Shown here: positions 1 to 11,810 of the stretch, in pieces
Numbering within the stretch: the first letter of the stretch is position 1
How the letters are laid out: each line of letters opens with the position of its first letter
Origin: the human T2T-CHM13v2.0 reference genome, Homo sapiens
NCBI GenBank assembly: GCA_009914755.4
Contig: CP068257.2
Location: 9,536,001-9,600,000, forward strand
DNA: 64,000 bases
Reading direction: 5' to 3'
Notes under the pieces: model-generated
What the model saw: the letters and a program-made list of their open reading frames with translations, nothing else
Databases searched by the model: none
Told to the model about the DNA's origin: nothing
Program-made: the position numbers and the translations under genes

Positions 1-438
1 AAGAAATAAAAACAAGCAGACTCCTAAAACAGAAAAAATAAGTATATTAGATTAAAAATGTATGAATAAATTTAACAGCACTTTAACCATTGTAGAAAAA
101 ATACCAGTGATTTTGATAATATAACAATATAAACTATCCAAAACAGAAAACATAGACACATTTGAAAAAACAACCACACTGTGTTGGACAATATCAAGCA
201 GCATAATACAAGAAGAGATGGAGTCCCAGAAGAACACTGAGTGGATGTATGTGTGTGAGTATGTGGTAGGGAAGAACAAAACCAAAAATTCAAAGAAATG
301 ATTGCCAAAATGTTATTAGAATCACAAATAAAGACAAAATGGCAAGGTAAACTATTGTCTAATTTCTGAAAATCAGTGATAAAGTGAAAAATCTTAAAAG
401 GCATCAGAGATGAAAAAATAATCCACATCAAAAGAAAT

Positions 439-462
439 ACACACACACACACACACACACAC
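439..462. repeat. (AC)n dinucleotide microsatellite, about 12 units
   Basis: Perfect acacac run read directly; an imperfect (GT)n-like patch also lies at ~247-262. Confidence 0.9.
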
Positions 463-990
463 AAATATGGGTAACTTTCTTCAGAAACTATGAAAGCTTG
501 GAGACAATGGAGCAATCATAAATAACTAAATAAGAAAAAACAGCTTTATCTACATTTTTATAACAAGTAGAAAATTTTAAGCACTAAAGTAAAATAGGGT
601 TCGTTTATTTTTAGAAAATTAAAAATAGGTTTGGAACTAGGGTAAAGTAAATGACACAACTAGGTCCGAAAACCTAAAGAGCTACTCACTTTCAGAGTTA
701 TATATTTGAGATCGAGAGTGCAAAACTTGTGTCTTGTGTGACCCGAGAGAGTGCCTCATTAAGTTTTTCACCAGAGGTAATTTGCTCATCTCAACGTTGT
801 CTCAGCACTGAACAAAATCTAAAGAATTTCATTGTCAGCCATCCTCCATTGTCATTTATAAGAAAGATTCCTAAGGCAGAAGTAAAATTTTATGAGATGT
901 ATATGTGTGTCTGCAGAAAAAAACTGGCAATGTATTATACTGCATATCAAGTGATATACTATTATTTGAAAGTAGGCTGTGAAGAGTTAA

Positions 991-1080
991 GTATTTATAT
1001 TTTAAAACTTAAAGTAGAAGTTTTATATTTTAAACCTTAAAACAGAAGTATTTATATTTTAAACCTTAAAGCAGAACCTA
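991..1080. repeat. Three tandem copies of a ~30-bp AT-rich unit (tatattttaaaccttaaaRcagaagta)
   Basis: Units at ~991-1020, 1021-1050 and 1051-1080 are near-identical by eye. Confidence 0.7.
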
Positions 1081-1089
1081 TAAAAGAAG

Positions 1090-1650
1090 TACATTAGTAA
1101 ACCAATAGTAGAAATAACATAAAATAATGAAGTACATATTTAACTAATCTACAAAATGTAAAAAAAGGATAAATAATTGAACAAGGAGCATATAAGATAA
1201 ATAGAAAACATAGCAAGAAGGTATATTTAAACCTAAGCTTATTCATAATCACATTACATTACATGTAAATCATTCATATACATCAATGAAAAATCAGAAA
1301 TCCAATTCTGTCTACCAAAATTCTACTGTAAATATAAATACATAGATATCTGTGTGTGTAGTGCAAACAAAAATTTATAGAAAACTAGAGTTACTATATT
1401 AATGTCAAACTAAATATATTTCAGAACGAAATATATTACCAGTGATAGAAAATATACTCACTGATTATAAAGGGGTCAATTTATTAAGGTAACTAAACAA
1501 TATTAACACAAAGAAACTATACATGTTAAGGTGATGAATATCAGAATCCTGATTTGATAATTGTACATCGTATGCTTGTATGCATATGTACCCCACACAT
1601 ATGTGCAACTATTATGTATCCATAATAATTAAAAATTTTTTAGAAATAAA
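1090..1650 (+). mobile_element. Possible old L1 3'-terminal fragment
   Basis: Tail ...gtatgcatatgtaccccacacatatgtgcaactattatgtatccataataattaaaaa resembles L1 3' UTR termini. The match is weak. Confidence 0.3.
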
Positions 1651-1752
1651 GAATTAGATAAATGTAATAGTGCCATGTGTTTATGTTAGAAAAGAAAAAA
1701 GAATCTAATCAGTTCCTAAAGCAAATTAAACCCAAACAAAACAGAATGCTAT

Positions 1753-2192
1753 TGTCTGAATGTTTGTGTCTCCTCGAATTTCCTATGTAGAAATCCTAAC
1801 TCCCAAACTTATGGTATTAGGAGATGGGGTCTTTTGGGAGGTGCTTAGATCATGAAAGTAGAGATCTGGGGCTCTTTTATAAGGGTACTAAATTAGTACT
1901 ACATTAAGGATAGTAAATGAGTAGTTTTCTTACAAAAGAGACCCCAGAGAGCTACCTTGCTCTTTCCATTATGTGAAGATGCAGAGAGAAGGAACCATCT
2001 ATGAACCAGGAAATGGGCCCTCACCAGACATCAAATTTTTGAGTGCCTTGATTTCGGACCTCTCAGCCTCCAGAACTATGAGAAGTAAATTTATAAGTTA
2101 TAAGTTTATATTATTATAAATTATAAAATTATGTTGTTTATAAGCCACAACAAAAAGGTATTTTTCTATTGCAGTCGAAATGTACTAAGGTA
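1753..2192 (+). mobile_element. ERVL-MaLR solo LTR, MLT1-like
   Basis: Starts tgtctgaatgtttgtgtc...cctaactcccaa...ggtattaggagatggggtcttttgggaggtg and ends ...cctccagaactatgag...ttgtttataagccac...ctaag, as in the MLT1 consensus. An internal AT-rich expansion lies at ~2087-2130. Confidence 0.6.
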
Positions 2193-2249
2193 AAAAGAAA
2201 TAATAAAATACATATAAGAACAAAAATCAATAAAAATTGAAAGAACACC

Positions 2250-4200
2250 AAAATGGAATATCAATAAAATAAAAAGCTAATTTATTAAAAAATGAAAAAA
2301 TTCTAGCTATACTCAACAAAAAAGAGAAAAAATACTAAATACTAAAGCCAGTAATGAAAGACTGTCACTAATTATACTATAGTTATAAAATGATAGTAAG
2401 CACACAATGTTTAAACTTTATGCAAATACATTTTAAAAGTTTGGTAAACGGACACATTACTTGAGAGAAAAGAGGTTACAAAATTCACTTAAAAATAAAG
2501 AGACACCATGAATAATCCTGCATCTATTAAATACATTAAATCTATAATTTGAAACTCACACGCAAAATAATTCCAGGTCAGGAAGGTTTCACTCTTGTAT
2601 TCTCACAATGTTTAAAGAATAAATAGTAACAATTCTATGCAAAGTCTTTCAGAAATAAAAGAAGCAGCAACCCTAACAGTACATTATATGAGGTACAGAT
2701 TACCCATAAAGGAAAAAAATAGGTAGAGATTAACAGAAAACTACAGACCTACATTTTGATTTGAAAAATTTGTATAGGATTATTTTATTAAAAGTAGAAA
2801 AGCATTTGATGACATTTTACACATATTCATAATAAAGACTTACAGAAAAGTAGGCAAGAGAAACAAATTATTTCAAAAGTAATAAACATATATAAAAATA
2901 GTTAATATAGTGAAATACCAAATGGTTCCTCCTACTATAAGAAAGAATGTAAAAATATCCACTATGAACCATTCTGTTCGATACTTAGAAAACTGCAATA
3001 CAGTGCTGAGAGACATTAAGGCAGACCTAAATAAATGGAGAGATAAACCAAGTTCAATAATTTGAATGCTTTGTAGTGTTAAGAAGGTAGTTCTACTAAA
3101 TTGATTTCTAGATTAATTGCAATATCAGTCCAGATCTCAGTAGGCTTTTTATATAAATAACAAATATTTTTTCAAAATTTCTATGTAATGTTATAAAATA
3201 TTATAAATTAATATTGAAAATATTTTACATGAAAGTTCAAATTTCTGGAGCCTTTTAAGATAAGAGGACGGCAGTGTTTCTATGGTATAAATACTAAGTA
3301 TATAAAAACTGAAGACTTCTATTAATATCAGACAAAATGGGCCACAAATCAAGAAATATTTTTAGCAGGATAAAGATCAATATAATTGGTCCAATTCATC
3401 AAGAGAACCTGATAATGCAAAATGTTTTTTCACACATTAACAAACAATTCTGCATTTAAAATACTCAAGCCAAAAACTTACGGAATTGAGAAGAAAAATA
3501 TACAAATCCACAATATATTTAAAGATTTGAAAACTATTTTCTGATATTATTAAACAAGTAAATAAAAAATTTTAAAGAAAATATCTACAAATTTAATGAC
3601 ATTATAACCTAACAAGTTCTAGGATGCATGGAATATTATACTCATCACCAGCAAAAACTTATTTTATTTTCCACATGCACTAACATTCATCACATGTTAG
3701 GCAACAAATAATAAAGTTTCAACAAATTTAACAGGATTAGATCTTGGAGAGTATGTTCTCTGATCCAATAGAATTAAATTTAAAATAAAAAACAAAACCA
3801 AAACTACAATGAAATCCCCAAATATTTAGATATAATAAACTTCTAATGATGCCTTGAAGCAAATAGTAAATCAAAAGATAAATTAGAAAGTATTTTGGTC
3901 TGGATAAAAATAAAAACACTACAACTTCAGGAATCCTTTGGAGAAATACGAAGTTTTTAATGTTTGTATTAGAAAAAGGAGAAATGTCTAAAATTAATGA
4001 CACAAATGTCTACCTGAAAAAGTGAAAAGAAAACCAAATTAAACAAGAAGTAGAAAGTAAAATATAGAGAAAAACTAAAATTTCATAAAGACATAACAGA
4101 AATTCAAAAGGAAAAGATGAAATTTAAAACTGATTCTTTGATAAAAGGAATAAACTGAATTAAATTCTCGATAGTCTGAGAAAGATACAAGACAGAAATC
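2250..4200 (+). mobile_element. Ancient L1 (L1M-like) ORF2-region fragment, sense on + strand
   Basis: Positions 2990-3180 (cctaaataaatggagagataaaccaagttca...gatttctagattaattgcaatatcagtccagatctcagtaggctttttat) align to the L1M ORF2 segment cctaaataaatggagagatataccatgttca...gatctatagattcaatgcaatcccaatcaaaatcccagcaggcttttttg. Boundaries are approximate and there is no intact ORF. Confidence 0.55.
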
Positions 4201-4867
4201 TGTCAGCAACCACTTTCAGGAAATAAAGTGGGCAAGGTTGGGAAGATGGTGGGTGTTGTAAAGATACTACAAATATCAAAATGATAATAACTTAAATTAT
4301 AAAAACTTTATGCCAATAAATTTGATAATGGTTGAATAAATTGTATGGTTAGCAAAATAATCTTTACAATTACTCTAGAATAAATAAAATTTCTTCATAT
4401 CTTTAGATTTGTTAAAGATACTGAATTTTAATTTAATACCTTCTTAGGGGAAACAAATTCCAGACTCAGATGCCTTCACTGTTACATTTCATTCTTTTTA
4501 AATAGGTAAATGTTACAGTGATTATTACTCAAGTGTATATTCTGAGAATTTTTACAATAATTTGTTACATAGATTAATTTTTTTTCTTCAAAATACAACT
4601 AATTTACTGATTATACTTTTTAGGTCTTCTATTAACATTATTAGGAAAATTTAGAAAATTTATTCATTTATATACAAAATTAATAGACACATTAAATACT
4701 CTGTGCCACCCAATGCCCAATTCACTGAGAACATTTTACTGAATAAACAAAAAATTTTGACCCTTGATTACCTTATTGTTGGAGGTAACAAACCATAGAA
4801 GATAGACAATGTAAAAATAAATAAGTGGTTTTGACAATGGACAATAAGCAAAAATACCTGTTCACTT

Positions 4868-5247
4868 GTTGTATTGGTACATTCTCACACTGCTATAAAG
4901 AGCTGCTAGATGCTGGTTAATATATAAAGGAAAGAGGCTTAATTGACTCAGAATTCTGCAGGTCTGGGGAGGCCTCAGAAAACTTACAATCATGCCAGAA
5001 GGGGAAGCAAACCATGTCCTTCTGCACATTGTGGCAGGAAGGAAAAGTGCAGAGTGAAGGGGGTAAAAGCTTTTTATAAAACCACCAAATCTCATGAGAA
5101 CTCACTCACTATCATGAGAACAACATGGGAGAACCACCCCATGATCTAATCACCTCCCGGAGATCCCTCCCCCAACACATGGGGATTATAAATCTGATTA
5201 TAATTCAAGATGAGATTTTGTGTGGGAATGGAGCTAAATCATATCAC
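4868..5247 (-). mobile_element. ERVL-MaLR solo LTR, MST-like
   Basis: This is the reverse complement of a THE1/MST-type LTR: ttgtattggtacattctcacactgctataaagag...ggggaggcctcagaaaacttacaatcatg...tcactatcatgagaac...caagatgagatt...aaatcatatca. Confidence 0.7.
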
Positions 5248-5512
5248 TAGAATAGATAATATATATAATACATAAGTAAATTTTATAGTATACTAGCAGA
5301 TGGTTAATTCTACTAACAAATACAGAAAGGTAAAGGATGAAAGGGATCTCTTGCTTAAGAAAGGGATACACATTTATATGTGTTGATTTTAAGGAATCAA
5401 CAAGGAATGATTAGCAAGACTTGAAGAGAAAGGAGAAGCCATGTGAGTCTCTGGGGTGGAATGTTACAGGCAAAGATAAAAGCCAGGAAAAAGCAGACAC
5501 TTCCTATATTCC

Positions 5513-5860
5513 TGTATTCATCCATTTTTATGCTACTGATAAAGACATACCCCAGCCTGGGAAATTTACAAAAGAAAGAGGTTTAATGGACTTATGTTTC
5601 CACATGGCTGGGGAAACCTCACAATCATGGCAGATGGCCAGGAAGAGCAAGTCACATCTTACATGGATGGTGGCAGGCAAAGAGAGAGCTTGTTCAGAAA
5701 AACTCCCTCTTCTTTAACCATAAGATCTTGTGGAACTTATTCACTATCATGAGGATGGGATGGCCTGCCACCATGATTCAATTATCTCCCACCTGGTCCC
5801 TCCCACAACACATGGGAATTCAAGATGAGATGTAGGTGGGGATAAAGCCATACCATATCA
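5513..5860 (-). mobile_element. ERVL-MaLR solo LTR, THE1-like
   Basis: tgtattcatccatttttatgctactgataaagacatacc...ggctggggaaacctcacaatcatggcag...attcactatcatgag...tcccacaacacatgggaattcaagatgagat...ataccatatca, which is the reverse complement of the THE1 LTR consensus. Confidence 0.75.
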
Positions 5861-6137
5861 CCATCTCTGTGCAAATGCTCTCTCTCTTCTATTTAGCTCT
5901 GCAATTCTAGCTAAATTTTCCTTTCTAAGCCCCAATCTTCAATTTCTCAATATACAGGGAGAGTTATCCTTTCTTTGGATTATCCTTTCACTGTGTCTTC
6001 TGGAAACTGAGAGAAAGCTTGGGATAAGTCAGATTTTATTTTTTCTTTTGTCAGGGATCAGCATCCTCAGCTTCTTGTCAATGGTTAAAAAATCACTGTT
6101 GATTATATTTTTCTGCAGTTAGTTTTTATTTGTGTAT

Positions 6138-6166
6138 GTGTTTTTGTTTTTTGTTTGTTTGTTTTG
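6138..6166. repeat. (TTTG)n-like low-complexity tract
   Basis: tgtttttgttttttgtttgtttgttttg read directly. Confidence 0.6.
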
Positions 6167-9100
6167 TAAAGAATTTAGTTTAGTTCCTCTTATTGTATCA
6201 TGGCGAAGTACAGCTATCTTCAACCTATTTTTTCTGACCAATCTTTGTCTTTATATTGATTTAACATTACTTTTTAAATTTAGTCTTAAAATTCTTACTT
6301 TAAATAGTAGTTTTAGACTACTTATATTTAATATTGTTATCTATATTTTGGCCTTAAATCTACTATCATAAAATTTATTTTCCATAAAATTTAATCTGTT
6401 CTTTATTACTATTTTCCACTTTTGATGCTTTATCTTGGATTAAGTGTTTAATTTTGAATTTTATTTTATTTCAACTAATAAGATTATTAGTCATATGTTT
6501 TTGCTTATTTTGTCCTGTTAGGTGCTCTAAGGTTTATACTATGTACCTTAACTTTCCAATAACATTAAGGTGACTGAATATTTTTGCCCTGATACCTAGA
6601 AAAAGACAAGCATGCTTGCTCTGATACATTCTTTTGAAGCTTATACTACATGTCTTAGCAATGCATTGAGAGAGGTAAGAATACATACAATTTAGAAAGA
6701 AAGATGTCTTTCTTCACAGATATTATATTCTGTGCAGAAAATAAAGAAGATATTTGCAAAAAAGTTAGTAAAATTGTGTGTTTATGTAGATCACAGGATA
6801 TAATAATAATATACAGAAATCCAGTATATTTTGATAGATTTGCAATGACCATTCATAATCTGAGAAAAAAAAAAACAAGGAAAATAAGGGAGTGCTCAAA
6901 TGCTAAGAAAGACATGTTAAAAGAGCTGAGAAACTTGAATAGTTCCTACTAGCAAAATTAGCAAAACTGAATCAATAAAATAAGTAAAGGAACAGATCAT
7001 GGGCCACTGAAAGAAATAGGAATCCATGGGTCCACGTGAGATAAATCCATGAATTAATGAATGAATAAAAGAAGGAAACACTATTTTTTTCCCACAGAGT
7101 GCCAACCAATAAAAGGAAAAGGGTTGATATTGTATGTTAAAAAATTATCATTTGAAAATCTTCACATTGTATTTGATTGAGTGTTGAGGCATCAATGGAT
7201 GCTAAACCTAGTGGGTAAATGTTGGAGAAGAAATAGGATATTTTCACAGTCTCAAAGTATCTCTCCACAAAACACTTAATTTTAGATTAATTACATGTAT
7301 ATATACATGTATACAATAGATAGTCTATATATAAAATATCATTTTATGTCATGTTATATTAATATAAAGAAAATGAGGAGTACCTCTGCAATAGAGAAAT
7401 CTGGAAGACATTACCTTTCAAATGATCAAAATTAAAATCACCACTGATGGGAAAAATTAATTTCATATATAACCTGAAGAAATATGATAAGAAGAGCATA
7501 GCATCATGTTGGTGATTTTATTGCCAATAATGCATGTCTTGACATCTCATTATGAGAAAACACCAGACAAATCGAAATTGGGAGACATTCTAAAAATAGA
7601 ATCCATTGGAATATTACCTTCAAAAAATGTTTAGGATGCTATGAAGGTTGAAGAAGGACTATGGAATGCTTCTGATTTAAAGAAGTTAAAGAGACATAGG
7701 AACCAGGAACAACACATTATCCTGAAGTGGATTGTTTTTTATAAAAAGCATCAGGGCAGTTTGTGAACTAGAATGGGTCCTCTCTTGGTGATTGTTACAT
7801 GACAGCTGTTTGCATCACTTCAGCAACTTAAAGATAAATTGCTTAAAGATAAATTGGCGTCGTTTCATACAAACATTAAAGAAAATGGTAATGTCCAACA
7901 GGCACAGAGTGCCCGCCTAATTACTGTTCCAGGGGTCCTCAGAGGCTGTTTTCCTACTATCTTCTTGATTTTTAAAATATATTTTAGTTGATTGGTTTTA
8001 TTCATGCCATAATTGGTGGAAATTAATCCTTGATTCTATAAATTTTTACCTAGTCCGTTTCCAATGTTTTTTGTTTGTTTGTTTCTCTTTCCTTACTTAT
8101 TTATTTATTCTTTTCTTTTACTTTTTTTGTAAAGTGGAATAAGTTAGGAATGAGTATATTATGACCAACTAAACTGAGTAGTTTTATGTCAAGTTGCAAA
8201 TTATGTTAAGTATCAAATATTTGATTTTTCTTAGATTTCAGAATAGTCACTTTTCAGAAAAAATCATTAGTAGTTTTCTAAAAATAAAATCCTCTTGATT
8301 CAACAAAACATACTTGATGTGGTTTTTCCTCCCAAAACAGGCTCCTCCTTGAGTTATTGGGAATAAGTAATGCTTCTCAATAAAGCTTCGTGTCAACAAA
8401 TCTGAACATATAACATCTCAGCTAGAGCAAGTTACTAAAAATAGGCTCAATTTGTATCTTGCAGTCATGCCTTCATAACCACTTTTCAATTAATCCTGCT
8501 TAATTCAGAGAATGTATAAATATGTAATTTTGCATCACTTTTAAGGCAGCCATTTTATTTTGAAATGCAACTAATGTTATATGCATAAATTCAATAAATA
8601 CAAAGCTGTTTTCAAAAATTGAATGTTTTTACTTGTAAGTTATTCTTTCAATAATAATAAAGAGATGATCACTAGTCATTTTATTTTTCATAGTTGAATT
8701 GATTTAGTTGAACTTCATTGGGTGTTCTTATGTTTTAGTCATGAGTCCATGCTCTTTAACAAGCTAAAGGAAACCATAATATATGCTAAAAGATGTCAGT
8801 TTGTGAACAATTTAATGAATATATAGAGTTACAACATTTTTCCCGATTGGATGTTGGGGTTTACTATAATTCTTTGTTACTTTATATGTGAATATACTCA
8901 CTACTCACTATGTTTATGTATGTAGGAAACATGCTAGTGATGAAAATTCAAGCAGTTATTACCCTGGTTTTCTTTCATTAACAAAATACAGAATAGAAAT
9001 TATCTACTTATTCTTGGAGGTCTTAAAATATCTTTTCAGTTGACTGATAATTCTGCTATCAAGAGCTACAAGTAGGTGCTCTGGCCATCTATATCTGTAT

Positions 9101-9836
9101 TTCCGTATATTCAATTCCTTACTATATATTTCTCATTTGATATTCTATACCCAATTCAAACAAAACCATTTCATGTATACAATGTACTTTTATTTATGCT
9201 TTTCTCTATCATTAAGTAGAAAGCCATTTGCACCTTAGTCTAAATCTGAAATGTGCCTCTACCTAACCTTTCTAATACATTTTCACTATTTCTTAGTTAT
9301 TAGAATAAATTTACATAATTTCTGAAACAACTTTCTCTATGGAGTATTCCCTTTGGTTTCTTTTCCCTTCCAAACAATTTAATGAATTACAAATATGGGG
9401 GAGATATTTTTTCAATGGGTAAGACTTGACTTCTACAAATACATGTTTAATTCCTTCTCAAAATTATTTCTACTTCCTCTTATTCAACACTGTGCTAGAT
9501 TTTAGGGATATATAATAAGACAATATATGAGGTCCTTGCTGTTGTGAAAGGTACATTCTTATCTTTGGCAAATTGTAGAATCTTTAGCTTTGGTATACAA
9601 GGGCATTGGTGTTTGGTACATGCTTGGCTCTTTGCCTTAAGAATTGCCTCTTTCCACCATGCATATTTCACCTGTGTGGGAATTCTTGTAGATCTCTATA
9701 TTATTGATAGCCATTTTGCTCTGACATTTTATACAAAGCTGAATCAGCAACAGTATGACTAAACACAACCAAAAAGGAAAGCTAGAAAGATTATATTAGA
9801 CACTTACGTGTATGGATCATTATGGTGAGGACTGCT

Positions 9837-9871
9837 AAAAAAACAAACAAACAAACAAAAAAAAACAAAAA
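9837..9871. repeat. (AAAC)n simple repeat
   Basis: aaaaaacaaacaaacaaacaaaaaaaaacaaaaaac. Confidence 0.8.
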
Positions 9872-11379
9872 ACACCTTCAGCCAAAATAAATTTACAGTT
9901 TAATTGAGTGGTGAATGATTCATAAATTGGAAAGCCCCCACAATCACAGCAGATTCAGAGAGACTCCAGGGGTGTCTCATGGTCAGAATGAATTTATAGA
10001 CAATACAAAGTAAAGTGATGTATAGAAATCAGAAGTGAGGTACAGAAACAGCTGGATTGGTTACAGCTTGGCACTTGCCTTATTTGAACACTCAGCTGTA
10101 TGTGACTAGTTGAAGTATGGCTGCTGGAATTGGCCAAGACTCAGCGATTATTACAGGTGCATATTCCTAAGTTAGGTTTTAGTCTTGTGTACCTATTGAA
10201 TTAGGTTGCAGTTCATTCACAAGGACTGAAATATAGAAGTATGGCGTTTTTCTCAGGCCATATTTAATTTGATTTAACAGGACTTTGGGTATGTCATTGT
10301 ATTTTACTAGTATATTTTACAAACACCCCATGTTATCTTAATCTATTTAAGTTCACACTTTTTAATCAAATTTTACTTTAAATGTATCTAACCTCCTAAA
10401 TTTCTGCCTTTGTGAACCAATAATACTTTTTCCAAATTCTTATTATAGCACATATCAGACTATATAGCTATAGACACTTTGGCATCATTGTTTTCCCATA
10501 CAAAACACAATACATTTAATGAATTAATGAATGATGCATCAGCAAAGAAGGTTTTACTGAAAGTAAGAAAAATTATAAGCCAGTTTGGGTTTCCCAAGAA
10601 TCAGACACCAAGATGGTATTACACATATAAGAGAGTAACCAGAGAAAACACCTTTGAAGAATAAAGAGAAGATAGAGCAAAAGGAGGCTGCAAGAGCCTC
10701 CAGATCATGATGCAAGCCTGGCACCTCAAAAGAAGAGAGAGCATGAAAGATAATTGGAAAGGAGGAGCCTCAGAGAAGAGTGCATATCTGAGAAATTGTC
10801 AGCCACACTGGAAGAGCACCAAAGTGAACTTTGACCTTTAGATGAGTCCATGTGGGACAAGAATGAAAAGCCCTATAATATCTTCCTTGCTCAGCATTGG
10901 CAGGGAGCAACCTAAGGAGAGCATGGCACCTGCATGTAAGCCAAAAATAAAATTCAATGTCCGTTAACCAACTAAATGGGCCCTTTATCTTGGCCAAGGG
11001 CATTTTAAACTAAACCTGAAACAGTAATGGAGGCCATGATGGAAATGGGTGGTTGAACATGCTTCGTTATTTACTTTCATCCTTTTGGAATTCATGCATA
11101 GCTGAACAGTGTTAACAGTAAAGTAGAGACTTAAGAATGACAAAACAGACCCTTCATAGCAATAAGATGTCAACATGACAGATAGCAGGCCTTGAAAGAA
11201 ATCAAAGTATTTCACTACAAAAATACATTTCTTTGACATATTTTGAAATGGCCCTACAAGGCTGTTTCTGTGGGGAAAATCTCCATTTTGTAGAGAATCC
11301 CCTTCTCTTTCCAAGTCTTTTTCCTGATTTTTCCTGATTCCAAGTCCTTTTTCCTTTTTATGTCTGATAAAAATCATTT

Positions 11380-11810
11380 ACAATCTATTCTCAGTGAAGC
11401 CTGCTACCTGCAAGCTTCATCTGCATAAGAACCTCGGTCTCTAAAACACCTTATCTTAACCCATACACTCCTGTCTATTGATTCCAGTCTTTAGATAAAT
11501 TATTTTAGCCAGTTGTCAAATGCCAATCAGAAAATCTTTGAATTCACCTTTAACCTGGAAGCCTTCACCCACCCCACCCCCACCTGCTTTGAGTTGTCTA
11601 GCCTTTCCCGATTTTACCAATGTATATCTTAGGTGTACTGATTGATGTCTTATGTCTCCCTCACATGTATAAATCCAAGCTGTAGCCCAACAACCTTGGC
11701 ACATGTTCTCAGGATCTCCTGGGCTGTGTGACAGGCCGAGGTCACTCATATTTGCCTCAGAATAAATCTCTTCAAATATTTCACAGAGTTTGACTCTTTT
11801 CTTCAACATG
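11380..11810 (+). mobile_element. LTR-like repeat with promoter and polyA architecture; family unknown
   Basis: CCAATCAG at 11523-11530, TGTATAAATCC (TATA box) at 11665-11675, and AATAAA at 11761-11766 about 90 bp downstream. This is a typical U3/R layout. The flanking 10650-11380 may belong to the same element. Confidence 0.35.

Noticed and set aside
72-515. 147-aa minus-strand ORF, the longest in the track
   Set aside because: It spans an (AC)n microsatellite and AT-rich low-complexity DNA (the peptide contains CVCVCVCV), and there is no coding signal.
991-1080. Possibility that the tandem arrays here and at 58444-58682 are CRISPR-like
   Set aside because: This is primate nuclear DNA. The units are contiguous with no unique spacers, so these are a minisatellite and a microsatellite respectively.
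7850-7960. Unique stretch retaining CpGs (ggcgtcgtttcat...gtgcccgcc) as a possible conserved element
   Set aside because: There are only three CpGs, and without a conservation track this cannot be told apart from chance, so no claim is made.
10985-11377. 130-aa minus-strand ORF
   Set aside because: It falls in the LTR-like repeat block and reads antisense to its promoter-like motifs. There are no homologous features and it is most likely chance.
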